From Acidobacteriota bacterium (GTDB lineage: Bacteria; Acidobacteriota; UBA6911; RPQK01; JAJDTT01), in contig OZ242374.1 of the NCBI GenBank assembly GCA_965209055.1, forward strand, positions 1,184,001 through 1,248,000: 64,000 nucleotides of DNA, written 5' to 3'. The position numbers and the translations under genes were made by a program. Below are positions 1 to 8,934 of this stretch, piece by piece. Below the pieces are notes generated by a model. The model did not search any database. It saw only the letters and a program-made list of their open reading frames with translations, and was not told where the DNA came from. How positions within the stretch are numbered: the stretch's first letter is position 1; the number at the start of each line of letters is the position of its first letter.

Positions 1-2
1 TT

Positions 3-1928
3 GCTCTGAGCTGGGGCGCGGCGTCTGGCAGCGGTTCGGACATCCTGCGCTATGAATACCGCTACGCCGCGGCCGGCCGAGCCTACGACGACGCTTGGAC
101 GACCGTCAGCGGCGCCGGGAACGCCAGGAGCGTCACGGTTTCCAACCTCACCAACGGCACGGAATACCGATTCCAGGTGCGGGCGGTGAACAGCATCGGC
201 GACGGCACCGCTGCCGAAGTCAGAGCCACTCCGGGCCGCGCTCCGAGCGCGCCGACGGGCGTGACGGCGAGAGTCGAAAGCGAGACCATCACGGTGAAGT
301 GGGGCATGCCGGCCGACACCGGCGGCTCCGACATCACCGGCTACCAGGTGCGCTACCGCATGAACGGTAGTGGCTGGAGCAGTTGGAGGACGGTGGCCGG
401 CGGCGGAAGCGCCACCAGCTACACCATGACGGGCCTGACCAACGGGATCGGCCATGAGATCCAGGTCGCAGCGGTGAACGCCATCGGGCGCGGCGCCGTC
501 GCCTCGGTCGAGGCCACGCCCATGGAGGGTCTCAACTTCGCCCACTTTGCCAACGGCACGGCGGGTGAGGTGACCATCACGTCCGACATCGTGCTGGTGA
601 ACGTGGAGACCTCCGCGGTGACCCCGGCCATCTACTTCTACAACCAGATGGGCGACATGATCGACGCCGACTCGGTGGTGGATGTGACGGGAGACCTGAT
701 GGTCAATGGCGACGGCGCCTTGACCGTTCCCATGGGGATCCCGAGCCGAGGCGAAATGACAATTTCGACCAACGGCGAAGGTGCCCTGGTGGTCGGATCG
801 GCGAGGGTGTTCGGCACCGGCCGCCTGGGAGGCGTGCTGCGCTTCGACATCCCGGCCGTTGGAGTCGCCGGCGTGGGAGCCAGCGAGCCCGTCAGCGACG
901 CCATCTTCCCGGCTCGCCGGATGATCGGTGGAGTCAGAACCGGAGCGGCGATCCGCAACCTCAGCGCCGATGACATGACCGTGACCTGCATGCTGATGCA
1001 GGGCGGCGAGGTCATGGATACGGCCCCGATCATGCTGGACGGCGACGGCCATCACTCCGCGTTCATCGACGAGATGTTCCCGGGCGCCGATACGGTCGAC
1101 TTCGTGGGATCGGTGCGTTGCACCGCCCCCGGCGACGGCATGTTCGTCGGAGTCGCCCTGGAAATGGATGCCGCCAACGGCATTTTCACCACCCTCCCGA
1201 TGGTGCCTCTGGGGTCCGGCGCCGGCAGCGGTAATTCGACGCTCAACTTCGCACACTTCGCCAACGGCGATTTCGGCGGAACGGCAACGAGTTCCGACCT
1301 GGTCTTCGTCAACGTGGCCACCTCGGCGGTGGCCCCGGCCATCCACTTCTTCGACCAGAAGGGCACCATGATCGATGCCGCGATGGTCGTGGACGCCACG
1401 ATGGACGGAGTCGAGGTCGCCGACGGTGTCCTGATGGTGACGGACGAGATCCCGGTCATGGGTGAAATGACCGTCACCACCAGTGGCATGGGCGAGGGCA
1501 TGGTCGGCTCGGTGAGAGTCGTCTCTGACGGACCCATCGGCGGTGTCCTCCGCTTCAATATCCCCAGCATCGGGGTTGCCGGAGTGGGAGCCAGCGATGC
1601 CGTGAACGCAGCCATCTTCCCGGCCCGCCGCATGGCGGCCGGCATCAACACCGGCGCCGCCATCCGCAACCTCATGGCGGATATGACGTCGGTGACCTGC
1701 CGCTTGATGATGGGCGGTCAGAGGCTGGGTGAGAAGGTGATCAATCTGCCTGGCAACGGCCAGAACTCCGAGTTCATCAACGAGATGTTCGCCAACGCCA
1801 ACACGGACGACTTCACCGGCTCGGTCCACTGCACCGCGCCGTCGGGGTCCATGTTTACCGGCGTGGCTCTGGAGATGGATTTCAACAACGGGATCTTCAC
1901 CACCCTCCCGGTGGTCCCGGTCCGGTAA
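3..1928 (+). CDS. Fibronectin type III repeat surface protein, 5'-truncated by the window edge, with two tandem ~200-aa C-terminal domains
   Basis: Frame is open from nt 3 (ALSWGAASGSGSDILRYEYRY...LTNGTEYRFQVRAVN). A second FN3 follows (W...GGSDITGYQVRY...LTNGIGHEIQVAAVN). The C-terminal repeat LNFAHFANG...GIFTTLP occurs twice. Confidence 0.9.
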   Translation, partial: ALSWGAASGSGSDILRYEYRYAAAGRAYDDAWTTVSGAGNARSVTVSNLTNGTEYRFQVRAVNSIGDGTAAEVRATPGRAPSAPTGVTARVESETITVKWGMPADTGGSDITGYQVRYRMNGSGWSSWRTVAGGGSATSYTMTGLTNGIGHEIQVAAVNAIGRGAVASVEATPMEGLNFAHFANGTAGEVTITSDIVLVNVETSAVTPAIYFYNQMGDMIDADSVVDVTGDLMVNGDGALTVPMGIPSRGEMTISTNGEGALVVGSARVFGTGRLGGVLRFDIPAVGVAGVGASEPVSDAIFPARRMIGGVRTGAAIRNLSADDMTVTCMLMQGGEVMDTAPIMLDGDGHHSAFIDEMFPGADTVDFVGSVRCTAPGDGMFVGVALEMDAANGIFTTLPMVPLGSGAGSGNSTLNFAHFANGDFGGTATSSDLVFVNVATSAVAPAIHFFDQKGTMIDAAMVVDATMDGVEVADGVLMVTDEIPVMGEMTVTTSGMGEGMVGSVRVVSDGPIGGVLRFNIPSIGVAGVGASDAVNAAIFPARRMAAGINTGAAIRNLMADMTSVTCRLMMGGQRLGEKVINLPGNGQNSEFINEMFANANTDDFTGSVHCTAPSGSMFTGVALEMDFNNGIFTTLPVVPVR

Positions 1929-1953
1929 CCATCCCCAAAAGGGAACCAAACCC

Positions 1954-1990
1954 AAAAGGGGCAACCGCACCAGCGGTTGCCCCTTTTTTT
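1954..1990 (+). terminator. Rho-independent terminator, probably bidirectional
   Basis: AAAAGGGGCAACCGC-ACCA-GCGGTTGCCCCTTTTTTT: perfect hairpin with A and T tracts, between convergent genes. Confidence 0.9.
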
Positions 1991-2207
1991 GGAGCGGCGA
2001 CTTTCCTGTCGCCGGAGAAGGCGGTTTTCCTACCGCCGATTGGAGTGGCGACTTTCCTGTCGCCACGGGAGCGAAGCGACCGATCCCGAGCCGATTTGCC
2101 AATCGTCGAATGGAGCGTCGGCTTTCCTACCGCCGAACTACCGACCAACGAAAAACCCGAACGGCGAGCGGCGAAGGGTGCACGGGGCGACAGGAAAGTC
2201 GCCCCTC
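1991..2207. repeat. Cluster of REP-like palindromes
   Basis: GGAGCGGCGACTTTCCTGTCGCC, GGCGGTTTTCCTACCGCC, GGAGTGGCGACTTTCCTGTCGCC and an inverted GGGGCGACAGGAAAGTCGCCCCTCC. Confidence 0.85.
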
Positions 2208-2212
2208 CGCGA

Positions 2213-3103
2213 TTATAAATCGCCTCGCATCCCCGCCACGACGCCTCGCCAGATGGTCGCCACGCGCCGCCGGCGCAGCAGCACGGCGTTCCAGGCCAGG
2301 CTCAACACCAGCGACTTCCCCCAACAACCCCATGCCCAGGCGCCGGCCCGATGCTTCCTCAGGAACAGCACCGCATTCCGCCGGACCCAGAACACCCGCT
2401 TCAGGGGATCGTGCCGCGTCGAATGCGCCCGCCGGTGATAGACCCTCGCCGCCGGACAGAAGTAGGCCCGGTACCCCCGCCTTCCGGCGCGGAAGAGGAA
2501 GTCCACCTCCTCGTGGTACATGAAGTAGTCCTCGTCGAAAAACCCCGCGTCCTCGAACACCCGCCGGTGGACCAGAAGCGCGCATCCCAGCAGCAACTGC
2601 ACCCGGCGGACCCGGCCGTACCGCCCGCCGTCCCGCGCCCCCTTGCCGCGAAAGGAAGCCAGGACGTGGCTCCAGGTGATGCGTCCCCAGGCGGCGTCCA
2701 ACCGGTCCGGCCTCTCCTGCAGCAGGACCTTCGGTCCGTAGACCCCCGGCCCCTTCTCCCGGGCCGTCTCCAGCAGCCGGGAGACCGTCTCCGGCTCCAC
2801 CAGGATGTCGTTGTTCAGCAGGAGAAAATATTCGGCGGCCGGACTCGAGCCGTCTTCCGCGCCGGGAACCGACCTCCGCAGCACCGAGTTGAGGGCGCCC
2901 CCGTAACCCAGGTTCTCCGCCAGCGGCGCCAGGCGCACCGGATCCCGCACCTGGTCTGCGGAGCCATCGGTGGACCCGTTGTCCACCACGACGATCTCGA
3001 GGTTGGGGTGAAGCGTACAACGCAACGAGTCCAGGGTCGCCGGGAGGACGTCGCGCCCGTTCCAGTTCACGACGATCGCTACGACCCGTTCATCAGTCGG
3101 CAT
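2213..3103 (-). CDS. Glycosyltransferase family 2 (WbbL/RfbF-like)
   Basis: VVNWNG, VVVDNGSTDGS, LLNND, FFDEDYFMYHEEVD. Start reassigned to ATG 3103 (MPTDERVV). Confidence 0.9.
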   Translation of the reverse strand: MPTDERVVAIVVNWNGRDVLPATLDSLRCTLHPNLEIVVVDNGSTDGSADQVRDPVRLAPLAENLGYGGALNSVLRRSVPGAEDGSSPAAEYFLLLNNDILVEPETVSRLLETAREKGPGVYGPKVLLQERPDRLDAAWGRITWSHVLASFRGKGARDGGRYGRVRRVQLLLGCALLVHRRVFEDAGFFDEDYFMYHEEVDFLFRAGRRGYRAYFCPAARVYHRRAHSTRHDPLKRVFWVRRNAVLFLRKHRAGAWAWGCWGKSLVLSLAWNAVLLRRRRVATIWRGVVAGMRGDL

Positions 3104-4149
3104 ATTTCCCGTCCCGTGAGGACCCGGTCGCGGCGCACCCGCCAGCGCTTGGCCAGCGCCTGGGGAGTCCGCGCCATCCCCGCCGCGAGTCCTCGCAGGA
3201 ACGACCCCACGTAGCCCGCCTTGAGGGCGTGGAACGCCGTGCTGCGGGCCCAGCCGTAGGCCAAGTGGAGCAGGTTGCGTCCCGGTTGATAGGTGACCAT
3301 CAACTGCCACCGGTTGCGGGTGATCCAGTAGACCCGGGCCGGCGAATAGCAGACGGGGAGTGAAGGCGGGTCCGGCCGGGGTGGGATCGACCGGACCCTG
3401 GCGTCCGTCTCCGCCGGAAGGACGAGTCGGCAGTCCTCCTCTACCGATGCCAGGAGGTCCGCCACCAGGTCTTTCCGAGAGGAATCGGACGCTGCCTCTA
3501 TATGGTAGACGATAGCCTCGGGGACGTAAAGGCAGGAATGGCCGGTGAACTGGGCTCTCAGGCTCAGTTCCACGTCCTCCAGGTACATGTAGTAGGTTTC
3601 ATCGAAGAGCCCGATGCGGTCGAAGAGCCGGCGGCGGTAGAAGGCGGCGCCGGCGCTGGCCCCCAGGACCGGCCGGCTGTGGCTGTGGAGCCGGCACGCG
3701 TCGCCCCGGCCCCGCTTGAAGGGCATTCCCGTCCGGTCGTAGCCGTCGCCGGCGCTGTCGATGAGGTCCCGCCGGCGGAAGTCCATCATTCGGGACGCCA
3801 GGAACCAGTAGGAGGGGTTCCGGTCCAACGCCGCCAGTCCCGCCTCCACCCAGCCCGGGTCCACCTCCGTGTCGTTGTTCAGGAGCGCCACGTATTCGGA
3901 ACTGCAATGGAGGATGCCGCGATTCACCGCCCGGGCGAACCCCTGGTTCTCCTCCAGCGCCAGCGCCTCCACCCCGGGAAACCGGTCTTCAAGCATCTCC
4001 CGGGTCGAGTCGGTGGAACCGTTGTCCACCACCAGGACGGGGCATCGCACCCGCTGCCTGGCCAGCGACGAGAGGCAGTGCTCCAGCAGCCGGGCCCGGT
4101 TCCACGTGGGGATGATCACCGTCAGCCTGGGATCGTAGCCGCCGGTCAT
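3079..4149 (-). CDS. Glycosyltransferase family 2
   Basis: VIIPTWN, VVDNGSTD, LLNND, GLFDETYYMYLEDVE. ATG 4149 overlaps the upstream TGA (ATGA). Confidence 0.9.
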   Translation of the reverse strand: MTGGYDPRLTVIIPTWNRARLLEHCLSSLARQRVRCPVLVVDNGSTDSTREMLEDRFPGVEALALEENQGFARAVNRGILHCSSEYVALLNNDTEVDPGWVEAGLAALDRNPSYWFLASRMMDFRRRDLIDSAGDGYDRTGMPFKRGRGDACRLHSHSRPVLGASAGAAFYRRRLFDRIGLFDETYYMYLEDVELSLRAQFTGHSCLYVPEAIVYHIEAASDSSRKDLVADLLASVEEDCRLVLPAETDARVRSIPPRPDPPSLPVCYSPARVYWITRNRWQLMVTYQPGRNLLHLAYGWARSTAFHALKAGYVGSFLRGLAAGMARTPQALAKRWRVRRDRVLTGREICRLMNGS

Positions 4150-5105
4150 GCCTGGCGTTCCTCCCGCCGGCCTCGAAGCAGCCCCAGGTTGTAGTGGTAG
4201 CTCATGAGATCCGGATAGAGGGAGCTCAGGTCCGGCCAACCCCGTTTCTCGGTCCAGGCGCAGGCCCAGGTCAGCAGCTCCATGCGCACCCGGTCCCGGA
4301 GCCGGTATCGGGGCAGGCGGTCCACGTTGAGGAAGTCCGCCAACTCGGGATGCTTGCGGTAGAAGTTCCAGGCCGAGGAGCCGACCCGCCGCTGCCGCCG
4401 GACGAAAGCCCTCACCGACGTCGGGTGGTGATGGTGGGCCACCGCGCCCGCGTGGTAGACCAGCCGCATCCCCATCCGGTGGAGCCGCCATCCCAACTCG
4501 ATGTCCTCCCACCCGTACTCGCCGAAGTCCTCGTCGAACCCCCCCGACTCCCGGAAGAACTCCCGGGAGATGGAGAGGTTGCTGGTGTAGAAGAAGTTGA
4601 AGGGAACGTCGTTCGGGTCTTCGATCAGCGCGAACCCGAACTGCCACCCCTCCTCGCCCACGTACTCCATGAACCGGGTCCGGGGATACTCCCGGGCCCA
4701 GGGCGTGTACCCGATCACCACGACCCGTTCGGCATCCTCGCGCCGGACCCCGTCGCGCGCCCCGAGATGCCCCTCCAGAAAACCGGACCCGGGAACCGTA
4801 TCGTCCCCCAGAAACACCAGCCACTCCCCCCGGGCCCGCCCCACGCCCAGGTTCCGCGCCGCGCCCTGCTTGCGATTCTCCTGGTGAAGGTAAACCAGCG
4901 GCACCGGATACTCCGAAGCCATCCCCCGAACCCGCTCGCCCGTGTCGTCGGTGGATCCGTCGTCCACCACGATCACCTCGTAGGGAACGCCGCCCCCCGA
5001 ATCGTCCGCAGACTCCTCAAGCAACGTCTGCCGGCCCAGCGCCTCCAACGTCCGCACCAGGATCCGGGACCGGTTGTAGGTCGGGATGACGACGGTCGCT
5101 CGCAT
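4146..5105 (-). CDS. Glycosyltransferase family 2
   Basis: VVIPTYNR, VVDDGSTD, FLGDD, GGFDEDFGEYGWEDIELGWRL. Confidence 0.92.
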   Translation of the reverse strand: MRATVVIPTYNRSRILVRTLEALGRQTLLEESADDSGGGVPYEVIVVDDGSTDDTGERVRGMASEYPVPLVYLHQENRKQGAARNLGVGRARGEWLVFLGDDTVPGSGFLEGHLGARDGVRREDAERVVVIGYTPWAREYPRTRFMEYVGEEGWQFGFALIEDPNDVPFNFFYTSNLSISREFFRESGGFDEDFGEYGWEDIELGWRLHRMGMRLVYHAGAVAHHHHPTSVRAFVRRQRRVGSSAWNFYRKHPELADFLNVDRLPRYRLRDRVRMELLTWACAWTEKRGWPDLSSLYPDLMSYHYNLGLLRGRREERQA

Positions 5106-5279
5106 GGTCCTGCCCCAAGTCTACCAAGGAGAGCCGATCTCCAATCGCCCGCTCTTGCGTCGCCGCATTGCTACGCGGCAGTCCGGCGGTTGGAAACCGC
5201 CTCCCGCTGGGCTCTTTCGCATATTTGTCGCGGCCGTCGTTGTATATTGTGAATGCAAGACTTCGGAGGACTCCAAGCC

Positions 5280-5552
5280 ATGAATGTCGATCTGATCAGC
5301 GTCCTGGTAGCCGTCGTCGCAGTAGGAGTCGGCCTGGCCGGACTGGTGCTGGCCGGTTGGCGAGGCGTTCGGCTCGAAATGCGCGAAATGCGCCACGAGA
5401 TGCGCGGAGAGATCCACGAAATCCGGCAGGACATGGGCAACCACATGGGACGGATCGACTCCCAAATCGCCGAACTCCGGGAACGGATCGGCCGCGTGGA
5501 AGGATTACTGCAGGGACTGCGGAAAGTCTTCATCCCCCGCACCGCGGACTAG
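5280..5552 (+). CDS. Small N-terminal TM + coiled-coil protein, copy 1 (90 aa)
   Basis: MNVDLISVLVAVVAVGVGLAGLVLA hydrophobic segment, heptad-like middle, LRERIGRVEGLLQGLR end, GGAGG RBS. Confidence 0.8.
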   Translation: MNVDLISVLVAVVAVGVGLAGLVLAGWRGVRLEMREMRHEMRGEIHEIRQDMGNHMGRIDSQIAELRERIGRVEGLLQGLRKVFIPRTAD

Positions 5553-5752
5553 GACCAGCGCTGCCAGGAAGGGCGATTGGAAGGGTGATTGGAAGGGCGA
5601 TTTCTAATCGCCCTCTTCGTCTTTCCCCCCAAGCCGAATAAGAAATCGGCGGTTAGGAAACCGCCGCCCCGCCCCAACCGAGATCTTTCGCATATTTTCC
5701 GCGATCGTCGTTTGTATACTATTGAACGCACAACATCCGAGGACTCGAAGCC

Positions 5753-6088
5753 ATGAATGTCGATCTGATCAGCGTCCTGGTAGCCGTCGTCGCAGTAGGA
5801 GTCGGCCTGGCCGGCCTGGTGTTGGCCAGTTGGCGGGGCGTCCGGCACGAAATGCGGGGCATGCGCCACGAGATGCGCGGAGAGATCCACGAAGTCCGGC
5901 ACGAAATGCGCGGCATGCGGCACGAGATGCGGGGAGAGATCCACGAAGTCCGGCAGGAGATGCGGGATATGCGCAACCACATGGGACGGATGGACGCCCA
6001 TATCGGCGATCTCCGGCAACGCGTGGGGCACGTGGAAGGATTGCTGCGGGGCCTGCGGGAAGTCTTCGTTCCCCGCACTGCGGACTAG
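5753..6088 (+). CDS. Small TM + coiled-coil protein, copy 2 (111 aa, internal 18-aa duplication)
   Basis: Paralogue of copy 1; RHEMRGMRHEMRGEIHEV occurs twice. Confidence 0.8.
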   Translation: MNVDLISVLVAVVAVGVGLAGLVLASWRGVRHEMRGMRHEMRGEIHEVRHEMRGMRHEMRGEIHEVRQEMRDMRNHMGRMDAHIGDLRQRVGHVEGLLRGLREVFVPRTAD

Positions 6089-6276
6089 GAGGAGCGCCAG
6101 GAAGGGCGATTGGAAGGGCGATTTCTAATCGCCCTCTTCGTCTTTCCCCCAAGCCGAGTAAGAAATCGGCGGTTAGGAAACCGCCGCCCCGGCCCGCCCC
6201 AACCGAGATCTTTCGCATATTTTCCGCGATCGTCGTTTGTATACTATTGAACGCACAACATCCGAGGACTCCCCCC

Positions 6277-6546
6277 ATGAATGTCGATCTGATCAGCGTC
6301 CTGGTAGCCGTCGTCGCAGTAGGAGTCGGCCTGGCCGGACTGACATTGGCCAGTTGGCGGGGCGTCCGGCATGATATGTGGGACATGCGGCAGGAGATGC
6401 GGGACATGTGCCAGGAGATGAGGGACGTGCGCAACCACATGGGACGGATCGATTCCCATATCGCCGAACTCCGGGAACGGATCGGCCGTGTCGAAGGACT
6501 ACTGCAGGGACTGCGGAAGGTCTTCATCCCCCGCACCGTGGACTAG
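6277..6546 (+). CDS. Small TM + coiled-coil protein, copy 3 (89 aa)
   Basis: ATG 6277 after GAGG; paralogue of copies 1, 2 and 4. Confidence 0.8.
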   Translation: MNVDLISVLVAVVAVGVGLAGLTLASWRGVRHDMWDMRQEMRDMCQEMRDVRNHMGRIDSHIAELRERIGRVEGLLQGLRKVFIPRTVD

Positions 6547-6752
6547 GACCAGCGCTGCCAGGAAGGGCGCTAGGAAGGGCGATTGGAAGGGCGATTGGAA
6601 GGGCGATTTCCTAATCGCCCGTTCTTCATCCCCCCAAGCCGAATAAAAAATCGGCGGTTAGGAAACCGCCGCCCCAACCGAGATCTTTCGCATATTTTCC
6701 GCGATCGTCGTTTGTATACTATTGAACGCACAACATCCGAGGACTCCCCCCC

Positions 6753-7034
6753 ATGAATGTTGACCTGATCAGCGTCCTGGTAGCCGTCGTCGCAGTAGGA
6801 GTCGGCCTGGCCGGACTGACATTGGCCAGTTGGCGAGGCGTCCGGCACGAAATGCGGGACATGCGGCAAGAGATACGGGGAGAGATCCACGAAGTCCGGC
6901 AGGAGATGCGGGATATGCGCAACCAGATGGGACGGATCGACTCCCATATCGCCGAACTCCGGGAACGGATCGGCCGTGTGGAAGGACTACTGCAGGGACT
7001 GCGGAAAGTCTTCGTTCCCCGCACTGTGGCCTAG
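6753..7034 (+). CDS. Small TM + coiled-coil protein, copy 4 (93 aa)
   Basis: Paralogue with the same upstream region. Confidence 0.8.
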   Translation: MNVDLISVLVAVVAVGVGLAGLTLASWRGVRHEMRDMRQEIRGEIHEVRQEMRDMRNQMGRIDSHIAELRERIGRVEGLLQGLRKVFVPRTVA

Positions 7035-7070
7035 GAGGAGCGCCAGTAAGGGCGCTAGGAAGGGCGCTAG

Positions 7071-7597
7071 GAAGGGCGATTTCCTAATCGCCCGTTCTTC
7101 TTCCCCTCACATCGCGTCAGGAATCAGCGGTTGGAAACCGCCGCCCCAGGGGGAGGAAGGGCGATTTCCCAATCGCCCGTTCTTATTTCCCCTCACACCG
7201 CGTCAGGAATCGGCGGTTGGAAACCGCCGCTCCAGGGGGAGCAAGGGCGATTTCCCAATCGCCCGTTCTTATTTCCCCCACATCGCGTCAGGAATCGGCG
7301 GTTGGAAACCGCCGCCCCAGGGGGAGGAAGGGCGATTTCCCAATCGCCCGTTCTTATTTCCCCCACATCGCGGCAGGAATCGGCGGTTGGAAACCGCCAC
7401 CCCAGGGGGAGGAAGGGCGATTTCCCAATCGCCCGTTCTTCTTTCCCTCACATCGCGGCAGGAATCGGCGGTTGGAAACCGCCGCCCCAGGGGGAGGAAG
7501 GGCGATTTCCTAATCGCCCGTTCTTATTTCCGCCACATCGCGGCAGGAATCGGCGGTTAGGAAACCGCCGCCCCATCGGCGATTGGAAACCGCCGCC
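7071..7597. repeat. BIME-like tandem array: six 85-86-bp units, each with two different REP hairpins
   Basis: Units start at 7071, 7156, 7242, 7327, 7412 and 7497. Each has GGGCGATTTCC(C/T)AATCGCCC, a linker, then GGCGGTTGGAAACCGCC. Linkers are near-identical. Confidence 0.92.
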
Positions 7598-7611
7598 CCA
7601 TCCGCTTTTTT

Positions 7612-8934
7612 TCACACCGCCCGGTTGACGTAGTCGATGGCCCGGAGGCAGGCCACCCTCAACCCCTCCCGGCGGACAGTGCGGAAGAATCTCGCCGCCA
7701 GGCCCGGCGGACCCGGCGGATGCAGCGCGGCGTGAGATGCTACCCAGCGGAGGTCCCGGAACTCCCTCTCGAGAGTCCGGATCTTCTCCCGCAGGGCCTC
7801 CGGCAGGGAATCCAGTGACGCCGCGCTGGGCCCCAGGTCCAGCAGGGAACCCAGGTCGAGCGACTGCAGGAACTCCAGTTCCTCTTGGACGTAGCCCGGA
7901 TCGTCCACGATCTGCCGCAGCGGGTCGCCGAACAGCTCCACGATCTCCCGGTCGCCGCGCCGGCGCAGCGCCTGAACCTGGCGCCGCTTCTCCAGCAACC
8001 GCGGCAGCGATTGGAGCACGTCGTCCACGGCCACCAGGTGGTTCAACGAGTCCAGCAACCGCGACCGTGCGGTGGCGCCGCCCTCCTCCAGCCTGTGCCG
8101 CGTCTCGGACCAGAAGTAGAAACTCTCCTTGCGGACCCCCGAAAAATGCACCGCCCGCTTCACCGAGAGGACCAGGGCCAACGGCAGGATCTTCCGGAAG
8201 TTCTCCTCCTCGTAGTTCTTGAAGATGGTGAGCAGCGCGTTCCGGTGGATCAGGTAGCGGGTCTTCTCCGGGGCCTGGGTTTCCAACGTGGCATGTCCCC
8301 GGTGGCGCACCACCGAATCGGGGGCCAGGACCACGCGGTAGCCGGCCAGCCAGAGCCGCCAACCCAGGTCCACGTCCTCGAACAGGGCGAAGTAATCCGG
8401 GTCGAATCCCCCCAGCTCCAGAAAGACCTCTCGGTCCACCAGCATGGCCCCGCCGCAGGGGAACAGCACCTCCTCCCGGCGGACCGCCTTCTCCACCGCC
8501 AGGCCCAGATCCTCCTGCAACCCGTACCCCAGGTATTGCAGGGAGGAGCCGTTGTAGTCGATGCGGCTCCCCTCCCAGTCCAGGATCCGGGAGGCCACGC
8601 AGGGAGTTCGTGCGTCCAGCTTCTCCAGAGCGGCGGCCAGCCAATCCGGTTCCGGGCGCATGTCGTTGTTGATGAAGGCGACGCAGGACCCCTGCGCCGT
8701 CTCGGCCCCGACGTTGCAGGGCTGGGCGAAGCCGCGGTTGACTCCGTTCTCCAGCAACCGGACCTGGGGATAGCGCCTCCGCAGGAACTCCTGGGAGCCG
8801 TCGGTGCTCCCGTTGTCCACCACGATGACCTCGCCCGGTTCCAGCGCCAGCAGGGGAGGGAGCAGGGTCGACAGGTGGGATTTTCCGTTCCAGTTGACGG
8901 TGACGACCGTGACGTCACCGGGGGATGGGGACAT
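7612..8934 (-). CDS. Glycosyltransferase family 2 with C-terminal helical/coiled-coil extension
   Basis: TVNWNG, VVDNGSTDGS, FINND, GGFDPDYFALFEDVDLGWR. Confidence 0.9.
   Translation of the reverse strand: MSPSPGDVTVVTVNWNGKSHLSTLLPPLLALEPGEVIVVDNGSTDGSQEFLRRRYPQVRLLENGVNRGFAQPCNVGAETAQGSCVAFINNDMRPEPDWLAAALEKLDARTPCVASRILDWEGSRIDYNGSSLQYLGYGLQEDLGLAVEKAVRREEVLFPCGGAMLVDREVFLELGGFDPDYFALFEDVDLGWRLWLAGYRVVLAPDSVVRHRGHATLETQAPEKTRYLIHRNALLTIFKNYEEENFRKILPLALVLSVKRAVHFSGVRKESFYFWSETRHRLEEGGATARSRLLDSLNHLVAVDDVLQSLPRLLEKRRQVQALRRRGDREIVELFGDPLRQIVDDPGYVQEELEFLQSLDLGSLLDLGPSAASLDSLPEALREKIRTLEREFRDLRWVASHAALHPPGPPGLAARFFRTVRREGLRVACLRAIDYVNRAV

Larger units (their letters stand above)
5129..7070 (+). 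repeat. Tandem array of four ~470-525-bp units (REP doublet + upstream region + small ORF)
   Basis: ATG-to-ATG distances are 473, 524 and 476 bp. The 5' regions (TTTCGCATATTTTCCGCGATCGTCGTTTGTATACTATTGAACGCACAACATCCGAGGAC) and ORFs are near-identical. Confidence 0.92.

Noticed and set aside
5280-7034. Diversity-generating retroelement or retron behind the variable paralogues
   Set aside because: No reverse transcriptase in the window, and differences are indels and mixed substitutions, not adenine-specific.
7071-7597. CRISPR array
   Set aside because: Sequences between the palindromes are near-identical rather than unique spacers, the unit holds two alternating REP hairpins found throughout the window, and there are no cas genes.
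5129-7597. Classical integron with attC sites
   Set aside because: No IntI nearby and the hairpins lack RYYYAAC/GTTRRRY attC ends. Only the analogy is kept in the findings.
6976-7628. Repetitive ORFs (METAAPGGGRAISQ..., GGWKPPP...)
   Set aside because: These are translations of the REP array. The 85-bp period shifts frame each unit and the same peptides appear at other REP sites.
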